Shown: in pieces, positions 37,438 through 50,200 of the stretch
Position numbering within the stretch: the first letter of the stretch is position 1
How the letters are laid out: each line of letters starts with the position of its first letter
NCBI RefSeq assembly: GCF_000181795.1
Contig: NW_003526943.1
Coordinates: forward strand, 994,487 to 1,058,486
DNA length: 64,000 bases
DNA from: Trichinella spiralis
Lineage: Eukaryota
Direction: 5' to 3'
The notes under the pieces: model-generated
Databases searched by the model: none
What the model was told of the DNA's origin: nothing
The model's input: the letters and a program-made list of their open reading frames with translations, nothing else
Position numbers and translations under genes: made by a program

Positions 37438-38909
37438 ATGAACCGACCGCCGGCATCCGATTCGGCACATTCGTTTGTTTCATTCGACGGTGAAACTCCA
37501 CCAGCATTACAGACATCGTACACTCGAGAATTGCTGTACACATCGACGAGGACGACGGTTCCCTTGGAAAAGCCTCCCTATTCTTATGTGGCTTTGATTT
37601 CGCTGGCCATAAAAAGTCATCCGCACAGACGAATGACCGTCGCCGAAATATACCGCTACATCGAGAACCATTTTCCATATTACAACTCGTTGCAAGGCAA
37701 CGCCAAGAGAGGTTGGCAAAATAGTATCCGGCACAATTTGTCGTTGAATACTTGTTTCATCAAAATTCCAAAAGAGAATCTGCTCAGCTGCAGCGACCGT
37801 AAAGGCAACTATTGGACCCTGGCGCCGGACTGCGACGACATGTTCTCCGATGGTAATTTCAAACGAAGGTAAAAATGCACGCACAATACAAGTTTAATTT
37901 CAATTAATCACAACTTTATTTCTCTTATTAATACTCATCCGATTTATTATTCTAAAAATTCAACTGCAACAACGGTCAACTGTGCTAAATATGAGTAGGA
38001 TGGGAATGTTCAAAATTTCAATAAGTAAAAAGTTAATACTATTTATTAAAAAAATTTCCATTTTAATTCAACAATTTGAAACAATCGAAAAAAAGATGAT
38101 GATGGTCTTCTGGGAAATTTTTTTCAAATAAAAAAACTTTCACCTTTTTTTCACTGACTAAATTTTCACTTTATGCCTTTTTTTCTTAAAAAATTTGCAT
38201 TTAAAGATTCTGAATGTGATATTAATTTTGATTGCACTAGATGATAAATCAAATGGCAAATGTTTTTGTTGATTTTATTTCGGAGAAAAGTCAATGTTTT
38301 ATCAGTAGTTGAAATTTTGTTAGTTAACAACAAATAAATGTTGGAACTACATATACACCTATGTATAGAGAGAGTAGTGATTATGATGAATGTTCTTCTT
38401 TATTGGTCGTAGTATTTCTTCTAATAAAAGAGAATAAATAATATAAAATTATTATTTTTCTACATAGAAAGCGAATCATAAAGAAAACATCTCCAAATGA
38501 ACGAACCTACTATACTTGGCCATCTTTTGACACAAGACAAGAATTTATCAATACGGCAGCACCGTATCGTCAATCTGATCAACATTGGAATTTCTATCCA
38601 ACAGAAATTATACGAAATGAAATTTCCATGCAACGCTACCCGCCGAATCTGAACACCATGCGCAGCTTTTACCAAGTAAAAAGTTCATTTTCTTCATGCA
38701 TGTAAATATTTTGAATTTAAAATTTCTAGTTACCAATGGAAACTCAAAATACAACTTTTGTTGCAAATACTACTACTAACACTACAATAGCTGCTGCTAC
38801 TACTACTACTAATAATAATAACGCTGCATTTCTACCTTTGCATTTATCAGGACAAGCGAATCCAACAACCGCTGCACCAACATCAGTATATTTACCAACA
38901 AACATGTGA
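37438..38909 (+). CDS. Forkhead transcription factor, FoxL2 / C. elegans FKH-6-like; 3 exons (37438-37868, 38468-38676, 38730-38909)
   Basis: The domain reads [15 protein letters not shown]...[23 protein letters not shown]...[27 protein letters not shown]. Downstream exons splice in frame to a Thr/Ala/Asn-rich tail ending ...LPTNM*. Confidence 0.9.
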
Positions 38910-41275
38910 CCACAACAATATTTTTCATCTGTGAAATCTGAAACACTACCAATTGCTACTTCATTTAAAGTCAATATTATCTACAATTATGCATATAAAT
39001 CCATATATTCACTTATGTATACTTTATATATTATATTATTCAATATCATTTAGTGGGCTATTTGTGGAAAGCATTTATCATTTACCTCTTTTATAACATT
39101 TTCAACTAAAAGATCTAATAGAAGAAAATCAAGTAGTTTGTTGTTCTTCATTGTGTGTAATAAAAAAATATATATTCTGTGAAATTTCACTTTGATTTAT
39201 CTGTTGAACAAAATAATTTCTAGTGAAATTAAAAATTTTCAAAATGATACATGCTTATGTTAAATAGAATTTTTTTCCAATTGTGCTATCAGAAATGTGA
39301 AACATGAAACAAACAATTTATATTTCAGCGCGTGTGTATAGCAAAACATTGAAACGTGTATCGGCTTTTTTTCCACACTTTGTCGGATTTATTATTTTGA
39401 AATAAACAAAAGCATTGCAAGCAGTGGTGGAGATGATTGCAGCTTTTTCATCTCTCCCCCAAAGCTGCAAAAGTGAAGAAGTTGCAATTTTTTTTTGTAA
39501 AATTAAAAATTGTTTTCTGTTTATATGCAAAAATGATTTTACCTTAAACGATAAATCAATTATTTTTGTTTTTTTCTTCTTTCTTTCTTCAAGATTTTGT
39601 TTGTTGAAAATGTGATGTTTTCAAATTCACTCGTGCAACTGTTATTTGTTCCATTGTATAAATGGTGAAAAAGTTTTTCGTCGAAAATTCATATATCATT
39701 TTCAAAAATTTTATTATAAAAATAAATTTAAATATTACCAATTTTGTAATGTAAAAAAATTTTTTATTTTACCTCGTTCAATATTTGATTTGAAAAAATG
39801 AAACGGTTGATTGGACGTGAGTGTTCTATGATTGAAAAATTTCCAAAAGATGGAAAATTCAATCATTTCACGTGCAGTTGGACACTAATTACAGTATATC
39901 ATTATTTATGTTTTGTTTTTAAATAGAAAAAAAGTTCAACAAGAAATTATTTGATAAATTTGTTGTACAACGGAATTGATATTAGAAAGTAACACTTTCA
40001 GTAATAATAATAATAATAATAATTTTTTTAACATTAAAAATTTAACAGTAATCTTGCAGTTTAAAAAGTTAAAATCAGGTCATTTGATAATTTTAATCAG
40101 TTTTGAAAATAAAAAGTATAACTAAATTGACGTCAAAAATATTCTAATAATTTATATTTTATTCTGAAATTTATTAATAAAAATGAGAAATAAGGAAAAA
40201 AATGTTTTTTTACTTGTCAGCTGTTATAAATTTTACGGAATAAGTTGTTTCCGCAAAGTTGTCGTTTTCTGTTGAAATGTTGAATAATCGTGCACAGTAA
40301 GTAGAAATTTTGAACAAGTTTATTTTGTCAATAAAAAATATAAATAAATTGTCAAATGTTGCGTAGAAAGAGGTGATCTCTGGATAAACAAACAAACAAA
40401 CAAACAAACAAATAAATAAATGGATAATCGATAAAGTCAACAACTATAAAGTAAAAGGTGTATGCATTATTATTATAATTGGATTTAATGTAAAATATTG
40501 GTTAATGTAAAATTAAAGAGTATAAATCGCAGCGTGTGGCACAAGCTGAACAGAAGAGTATTGTTGAATTAAAAGTCAATTTGGAAATCTGCCGTCAAAT
40601 ATCAGGTATGTGATGCTTAATGACGTCAATTATGACCAAGGGAAAAGCCGTTTCTTTGGTAATAGCATAAAAGAAGAAAGAGAGAGGGAGGGAGAGTGGA
40701 AGAAAGAAATAAAGAAAGAAAGAAAGATGAAAAGCAAAATGGAGAATAATGCTGCATGATATAACAGAGGAAGACGGAGAGCAGCTGCCTCGACTGCTTG
40801 GACAAACGATCAATTGTGAGCGTGAATTCGTGTGAACCGCTTTCTCAGTGATGCAAATAATGTTCGCATGCTTTCGCTAGCTTGGCTAGCTGTGCTGGTT
40901 TAGCTTATAGCTAGCTAACTGGCTGGCTGGCTGGCTGGCTAGCTGGCTGGTGGTAACCGCTTCCGTCTAGAAATCGATCGAGCCAGATTTCGCGTCTTTG
41001 CTTCTTAAAAGCGCTTCTACATTCTCTGTGCTCTTTCGTTCAGCGTATCTGTGCCCGTTTGAAAGTGAGTGTGTCCGTGTGTGAATGTTGTCGTCAATTT
41101 GAGGAAATCGATCAAAACTGACCACTACGACACAACTGAGCACAAGCTTTACCACCACCACCACCAACAGCAGCAGCAGCAGCAGCAGCAGCATGTTCAA
41201 CATCCGAGCATTTTTCTTTACCCAACAACAACATTTCTTGCCAGCTTTGAACCTTTGGACAGTGTAGTGGGCACA

Positions 41276-44200
41276 ATGGTCTCAGGTTCGCCGGAATTTC
41301 TTGACCGCAAGCGTAAAGAAGCCGACGAAGGCCGCTGTGTACCACTGCCCGTACAAAGCTTCCTTTGGCGACAAACAAAGTACAAGCAAGCACATATTCA
41401 TTTTATTCAATGCATTATTTCTCCAACTAGCAAATAATTCTTTTCCACTAGTGAACAGCAACTTTTCCCATCAGATTGCTCTGCCATAGCATGGCATGGC
41501 TGAGAACAATAGCTTGCTTTGCTTTATAAAGCTTACTTTTTGCATTTCGAGGATTAATTATTGATCGACTGTGAATTCCGCGCTCATTTCTCCTAAATAT
41601 CCGGCTCTTTTGAATGAAATTATTTCATCCACTTTATTATTAGGCATATTTTTTTAAATCACAATTTCATCATTTATTTCTGTATTTTTTCTTTTCTTTT
41701 TCTCATTTTATTAGTATTTTTTTTGATTGGATAACTTGAATTTTAAATCAACCAACTATACACTAGCATACTGTAATCAAGTTGTTTTTTATTCAAATTT
41801 ATTTCATATTATTTCCGTATGCACAAAAATTTTTCTCTCGACATTGGTTAATTGAAATTATTAACGTTTATTAAGGAAATTTAGGATAGAATTTTTCTTG
41901 ATTATTTACGCACTTTTACAATATTTGTTCAAATTTTGTATATTTAACATGTTAAATTTCACACTGTAGCGAATCGAATGTCAATTATTATGAAGAATTG
42001 ATTGAAATATTTTATTAAACGGGAATTTTTTTTTATTGAAAAATGTAAAGTTTCGAGTAGTTTTTATTGAATACATTGATCACAATGCTGCTCAAGGATG
42101 TCATGTACGGAAAGTTGTAAATAAGATGATGCAATTTGAGACAAAGGTATTTTGACTTTTACAACTTTTCAAGCATTGAGATGATGATGATGGTGATCAC
42201 CGTGATCGAAATAAAATGAACGTGAATGAAGGTTTCCTAGTAAAATTTTAATAAATGGAAAAATTGTCGTGTTGACAAAAAGTGAATAATTGCAGAAGTA
42301 TAGATAATTTCAGTTGAGAATTATTATTTTTCTTTTTTGAAAAAAGTGAAAAATTATTGTTTGAGATAATATGAATTTTACTTTGTCAGTTGAGTATTTG
42401 TCTGTTTGGAAGTGATTTGATCAAAAGAAGATAATCGTTTGATGAGAGTGCAATTCCATCCCGCAGGACAAAGCTGCTGGTATTGTCAATTGTTCGTATG
42501 ATTCGATTGATGTTAGCTAGCATTGGCTTTTTCACACTGCTCTGTGTGTGTGTGTGTTATTGAATGACTTTTGAATAATAATAATAATAATAATAATGTG
42601 TAACTTTCACGGATGATCAACCAGTGAAACTTGTTCAGCATTTAAATTGTTCACAAAATGAAAAATTCATTTTGCTTTTCAGTTGGCATCATTTTAATGA
42701 TTTGAAAATCACCTGAGAATGAATATCTTTACCAAAAATAAAAATTACAAACTTCAAATAAGCGAATAGCAAATAATTTTTGTAAATTTATTCATTCATA
42801 AAATATTTGATTTCTTTTCAGTCCTTTTCTTGGACCGAAAATTGGTAAACTGCACGAAGCATCATGTGTGGTAAGCAAAATTTCCTTATTACTTTTCAAA
42901 CAACTTTTCGAAATTTAATTTATTAAATTGTTTTTTTTTCTTTGAAAAAATTTCATTACCAATTCAGAGCCACAGCCGTGTTGACGCATTCAATCATTTG
43001 TTCACTTTACGGCTGACAGGAGCTGCACCTGTTGTTAACTTTTTTGCAGTTTAAATTTAAAATAAATTTACAATTTAAACATGGAATAATTGATTAACCG
43101 AGTGATCAAATGTTGTTTCATGAATTGTTTGTTGTTTTGAATATTTTTCAAACATGATTTCAATAATTTAAACGAATTTTTAATTGTAGACATTTGAAAG
43201 GGTGCTTGTCCAGAATATTTTGCACGGGTTATCGCCAAACCTTTCCGAAGCCATCAAATCCATACCGAGATGGCGTTTTGTGCGTACCGCATTTCCACAT
43301 GTGGTGCATTGTTGTGCGGCTCTGCTGATCGAACGCAGTGAGTCTGAAGAGAAAGGGCGCTTGTCGCAGTCGCTGTTGAAGATGCTTTACATTTTGCACT
43401 GGTTGGTGTTCGATTCGGCCGTGGAATGCATGGACACGGAGAGCAACGATCACCGCACTGCCACCCAAGAAGAGATGCTCAATCAACATCTATTTTCAGT
43501 GCAGAACATTCAAATTTTTGTCTACATGCTGGTACCGCTGGTACATCTGCTCAGTCAGGTGGACATTGTGGAAAATATACGACTCGAGGCGGGACTTTCT
43601 CTTTGGCAAGCGTTGTGGCAATACCAGCAGCCGGATGTGCTCTGCTTCGCCGCTCCGGTGAAACCTCGCACGTCGCAACTGATGTGCTTGCCTCTGCTCA
43701 AGAGAGCGCTGCAACCGTCTCTTGCTGCCAAAAATATTTACATGGGCGGTGGTGCTGATTTGTTGGCAAATCTGTCTTCCCAGTCGCCGAAGCTGGACGA
43801 TGGCCATTCTTTGCAAATTGCCAACGCCAAGCATTTGCAAAAGAAGTCCAGCTTGATGAGCATTCTGTTTTCTGAAAAGCGAACAACCACCAACGGAGAT
43901 GGCAAGAAAGAATCCAGAGAAGGCTTGTTCAATGGCATTTTGCAGAAGAAGAAAAAAAATGGAACCGACGAGGTGATGAACTTGGAAAGCATTGCTCGAT
44001 ATTGGAGTTATATTGAAGACAACTGCGGAGAGACTGTCGATTGTTCGGACCGTGCACCGCTTGTATGCTTGGGTGAAATATGCGGCCCCACCACTTGGTC
44101 GAATGAAGATCTGGCAACTCCAGGCTCTTATACTCATTACAAGATGATCTGCGAATTGTGCGATTCGGCAATTTACGAAAACAACACTTGCAAATGTAAT

Positions 44201-47200
44201 CAAAATTCCCCGCAACACATCTCGTCCTCACCTGAGCACAGAAGTGAGCTTGATATTTATCGATTACATGCAAGCTGATTCATTTATATTTTTTTCAATC
44301 ACATTATCTTTTCAGTTATTACGCAACAGTACTCATCTCCGTGCAATTCGGAGCGTATGTCTGCTGCTAGTGAAACACCAGTGTCGTCATCGTTTGCCGC
44401 TTTTTCGTACAACAAAATTGGCTCACCTCACGAAGAGGTGCCTCCGGTTCCTCTTGTTCGTCCGCCTAGCGAGGACCCTGTTGATGAATTACCCTCGAAT
44501 AGATCTCAGATGGACGTGCCACACCGAGCTGAAGAAATTCTCGGGCAACAGAAATTTGATGCTAATGAAAAACAGCTTAATTTGAAAAACGACGATGCAG
44601 TTGGTGGAGTTAGTAGTGGAGATAGCAAATCTAGTACACCCGTTTCGCAGGCTTTGGGATTGAGCAGTTTGCAGGCAACGTATATGGACGTGGCTGTGGT
44701 GAGATGTTTGTTCATCAGGCAGTGGGCAGAAAGTGGTGTGCATTGGGCACTGTGTTATTATTACAATCGACTGAGGCAAATTTACGAAGACACGATGCAA
44801 GCTAGCTTTTCACGTCATCGCAGTTTCTCCATGCCAATACCATCCGAAAGAAAAGTTGGCGTTTCTCAGGCTCCTTGTGATAATTTCCAAAAAGAGAAAC
44901 TTCAAAAGCAGAAAGTAGAAGATTTTAAAGCTTTCAAACCAGCTTCGACTCGTCGCAGAAATTATAAGAAAAATGAAAAAAAGTAAGCAACAATTCTGTT
45001 TTGGTTTTTGATAAATAATTTACAACTGATAATGCAAGAAGTTATTTATGCAAAAGAAACTGTTCTAAATGTGCACGGTTAACGTTTCAATTTAAGATCA
45101 TCAGCATCAGAAGACAGCAGTGGATCGCAGAGTATGCAAGTTGCGAACAACCAGTGGATGAAGCGATGTGCAACTGATTCGGAAATATCTTATTATGCAG
45201 ATTTTTTTGCAGAGGTGATATGAAATTTTCCTCTAAAATTTATGCCTTACATACTACAGTTTAAAAAAAATATATACGTATATAGTGCACAGTTTAAAGA
45301 AAATTGTTTAAATATCTTTGTCTGCACAGAGGGACACAGAGAGAGAGAGAGAGAGAGAGAGTATTGCGTTTTCTGTTTCAGGCAGTTGGGTCTACACCGT
45401 TTATATTAAAAAATGGAGATTTAAATTTAAATATGATCGTTCGAGCTGCGTTTGAAGTTACTAATCGGCCGATGACTTTTCGCATTTGTGAAACTCTGAC
45501 GAAAATGCTACAACTTGTGATTGATATGAACTTATTTGAACAAATCTCGCACCGATCTGATGACTTTAATGATAAAGAAAATACTAAAAACGAACAAGAT
45601 TTAGAAATAGGTTTGAATTCTATTGATTCCAAATCATGCAGTAATCAAAAACCAAGCAACACAAGTACTGAAAATAGTATTGACGAAGAAATGGAAGGAA
45701 GTGTCTACTTGAATGTTCTGGAAGCAGTTATCAAGTAGGTTTTATAATGCATATATTTTGTATAAATAAATATGTACATTTAGAATACTTTTGTATCTTG
45801 GCTGTTCAAACGGATGCAATGACAGTCTTCGAACTTTGCAAGCGAACTTCTTGCGCAATCAGTCGAAAGCGTGTTTAAGCAGTTTGCAGAAAATGAATTC
45901 CACATTGTTTTCCAAAGGATTGTTGGATTTTTTTGAAAACAACGAATTGGCAAAAGTGGTCGACTTTTTGCATGTTCTCTTAGGCTTTTGCACAGATCCC
46001 AGTGCACCGAGTAATTAGTGCATGAAATTTCCTTATTTAGCATATTTCATAAGAAGAAGTTTTTATTTTGCAGCTACAGGTCGTTCTGTGAGTAGAATTG
46101 TTCGTACAAAGCCGGATACATCTCCGAATCCAACATACAAGAATAAATTTTTGTCCGACGAACGAGGAATTGAAGGGATTGTTGTTTCCATTACATTGAA
46201 GCCTCTTGTAACAAAAATGGTTAATCAATTGAAGGAAATCAAACAGCCTGAAAACATGGTAATAATGCATTCAAAAAAAGCTTCTCACTAATATGAAAAT
46301 TATATTATTTGGAATTTTTGAAACTTTGATCTCTGTTGTTCTTTCTGTTCTACTTTTTAGTCTCTTCATTATGACATTCGTTTGTTGATGAATTATTTAC
46401 AACTTTGTCATGGACATCCGTTTCGAATGGTCGAATTAAGCGCACTGACTGATACTGTACAGCGTACGAAATTGACCGAATCAAATGCTCAGTAAATGTT
46501 AAAAAAACAATTAAACATTAATTGAATATTTAATTTGGTTTTTTTTCACTTAGAACAGCAAAGTGTTTCAGCCCTGTTGACAGCGACAGCGACAGCAGTC
46601 GCATGGCAAGTCCTGCACCATATCACAGTAGAGAATGGGCGTCGATGAGACAGAGGATTTTCCGTCGAAGCAAGCGGGTAAAAATGAAAATTTGTACAGT
46701 TCCTAGTACTCCAAGTTAAATTGAAATATTATTTAAATTTTCAAGCAAACCGAAGATTCAGAAAAAGAAAGCAATTCAGGCTCACCACGGTTCACTTTGA
46801 CAAATGATTCCTATTTGGCAGTTTCTCCAAGTTCCCCTTTGCTCAGTATTACTTCAGGCAGAAAAAAAGGGCGAAAATTACCGTTGTGTAAGCATTGGGC
46901 AGTAGTTTTATGATTTGTTCATTCTTTCTTTTTTTTTCTAATTTATAGCTTTGAATATTTTGAAATCCGTTCGGTCAGAAAGTCAGATACCATCCGTTTT
47001 TGATGATATGGAAAACTCAAGCTCAGATATTGATCGATCTATTGATGATTTGCCAAGCGAAACTGCTCCTGACAAAAAGCACAAGAAGAAGTTCTTGTTT
47101 ATTGTAAATTTAATTTTAGATGGAATTATGCGATAAATTTAAAGGCTACTAATTTTCTAGAGTTCTTTTACAAATTTGAAAAGTCAACCTCGTGATCGCC

Positions 47201-50200
47201 TGAGACCTACTTTAGAAGAACTTGAAGAATCAGACGATCTGGGTAATTTTGCATTTGATAAAAATTGCGATAGTTCACAATTTAGAAACCATCATACATT
47301 TAGATATGAAATTGAAGGCTGTTATGGATAGTTTAAACATTCCACCAAAAGACATGGTCTCTCTCGGTGCTCTTCAAGATGGTATTCGACGTTTCAATTT
47401 TATATTGGAAACTTGTCGTCCAGGAACAGCGCCTGATCCGCCCCTTGTTGCCTCAATGCTTGATCTCGTACGGAATTTTCAAATTTGAAACCATCATCAT
47501 CATGTACAGAAAAAAGTTTTATTTTTTTTTATAGAAAGCTCCAGTGATATCAAGAGCTGCAGTGTTGGTCGAATGCGCATATTTTGTCCATCGTTGCAAT
47601 CGAGGATATTGGCCAGAGTGGATACGCATGGGCCAACCGTCAAAATCATTCACTTCCGGTGCACCTTTGGGTCGAGGCACGCCGTCCGTTTTGAGAGGAA
47701 CAAATCTTTTACAAAAGAATGCTGGGAAAATGTTTTATCATTGGGCTCTTGTAAATAAGCAAATAGCTGTGAAGATGCTTGATGCATATTGTAAATATTG
47801 GCTTTGCAGGCACTTGGTTCTAAGCTGAATTCAATTCTAAATCAAGAAAAGTCAACTTATAGCAATTTTTCCATACCTTCAGATGAACTTCTTAAAACGC
47901 AGCTTCGAGTGAGCGATGATTTGGAAGATTTTTTTGATGAAAGTACGTGTACATTGTTATTGTGTGTTTATACAAATTTTAGATTTTGTTAAGCCCGTTT
48001 TTACTGCTTATTAATTATATATATATATTTATTTATGTTCCAGGTATTGTCAATGCATCTGGAGAAGAATGTCCAATGGCATTAAAAATGATAGCCTGCA
48101 TGCTTTTGCTTGAAATATCTGCATTTCTGAGAGAATCATACCAAGCTATAATATGCTCTAGAGCACATATGCGGAAACATTCAAAATTTGAAAAATTCCA
48201 AAGCCAGAGACGGTGGTCAGTTCTGAGCGCTACATTTTCACCTTCTAGGCAAAGCGAAAGCTTACAAAGCATAGCTGACCTGCCCAATCAGATGTTATGT
48301 AAGTGATTCGAGATACATGGTGCGTTGAAAATTGATTTAATTTAATGTTTTATTCTTTTCTTCAGTTCCCCACTCTGAAAGACGCATAAGTTTTTGCACT
48401 TTGGATGGGGATCATTCATCTAATGAAAGTCAGCATGCTTCAGATGACCATCCAACTAGCGCAGAAAGCAGACGAAGTAAGTAATGAGCATTTGCAATTA
48501 ATTAATTTTATGTGTGCAAATATATGGAAAATGTAATTTATTGCTTTATTTATTTCTTCAGCATTTGTTTATTGTCTGTTTATTTGCTTTATGAAATTTT
48601 AACATTTGATTTAATTAAAAAGATAATTTCAATAAATGGCCTAATTTTTTAATTTTCATGAATTTGAAAAGCAACTTGGTTAAGATTATAAACTTTTATG
48701 GTGCATATTTTCAGTGACAACCAGAAGATCTACCACAGCGGTTGGAAAGAATTCTAAGCATAGTTCATTTTTGACTGGTTCAATTAGCCGTCGTTCTATT
48801 CATTCTCATAAAAAAGATATAAAAGCTGAAGAATTAGGTAAAGCTGTTTGCAATTTTTCTGGTCACTAAATTAGTAAAAATGTTCATTTCTATAAATAAA
48901 TAACAACTGTTGTTGTTTGTTGTCACATTTTTTATCAGATTTTTATTCTGGATGAAGTATTGCGAGTAAATTCATTTAAAAAGGGGAATGAGTATGGTGA
49001 AGAGAAATAAGCTTTGGAAATATTTAATCTAGATTCTAGAAAGTATGTAGGTGGAAATTTGGCATGCTTTATGCAGTTGATTGAATTCAATTTTGCATTT
49101 CAAATTATTACCATTTTTTTGTTAATTTTTTTCAGAGCGGCGTAGAAAAAGTCGCCTTTCGTCGACCGCTTCTGATGACTTTGGTGATGCTAAAACTGGC
49201 TCAGGAGAATTGACTGGCTCACGGTTGATGTCAGCCGAAAGCTTGCATCACGAAAGCAGTCTTGCTGATACTTCAGTGCACGAAGGTGACGATTTTTTAA
49301 TCAAAGGCTTTCCATGGATTCAAGTAATTATTTTAATTTTTTTCATATGATTTTTTTGTATTTATCGTCAGTAAATGAAGAATATTTAGGCTGTTGTCAA
49401 ACTTGTATGTCAGTTCAACTTCTCTTGCAACCATCAGAAGGTGTGCCATCCTCTTTGCTTCGAGAGATGTTACAGGCAAAGTTATCGCTTAGCAATGGCG
49501 TTGAGAAAAGTGAGCAGATTTTTTCATTATCATTCATTATTAATATGCATAATTGAAATTTACGAAATTTGATTCTCAAAGTTGAAGGAAATTCCCTTCG
49601 TTCAGAAAGAAGATTCAGAAAGCTGCTTTCGTATTTTATCTAAGATAAAAAGTAGCATAATGTGCCCTTCATTAGAATAATTTTTCTAATTGCACTTCGA
49701 TCAAATGCAAATTTATTTCTCTTTCATTACACTGAATAAGCAAAAAAAAATAAAAATTTTAATTTTATAATGAATGCAAAAATAGAAATAAAATATTAAA
49801 TTTATGAAAATAAATTTTAAAGGCTTATGGTGAAACATTTCCGTGGGATGGTCAGTTTGATCGTCGGAAGGCAATTGCTTTGAATTTCAGAGAGCGTTAC
49901 AAAGAAAAATTGGCCGGAATGAAGCCCAAAGTACTTCGTGAAATATCCCTTCAAAGCAAATGTCTACTTGAATATGTATTTTCAGACATCAAATACACAA
50001 TCACTTGATGGAAGCATTTCTAAAAGTGTACTAGATCGAACTGAAACAAGCTCTTCGATTAAACCGCTTTCTGTTGAAAAGCTCAACACCAATGAAGTAT
50101 TCTGATATATTCCACAATTTGTTGAATCTATTATGGTTTTCTGTTTTAGGCAAAAGTTAAATCCGCTGAAAACTATCATCAAGAACTTGTTCATCCAACT

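Noticed and set aside
44262..44315. Apparent third GC donor (gcaagc) in unc-80
   Set aside because: A canonical GT donor at 44244 gives the correct phase.
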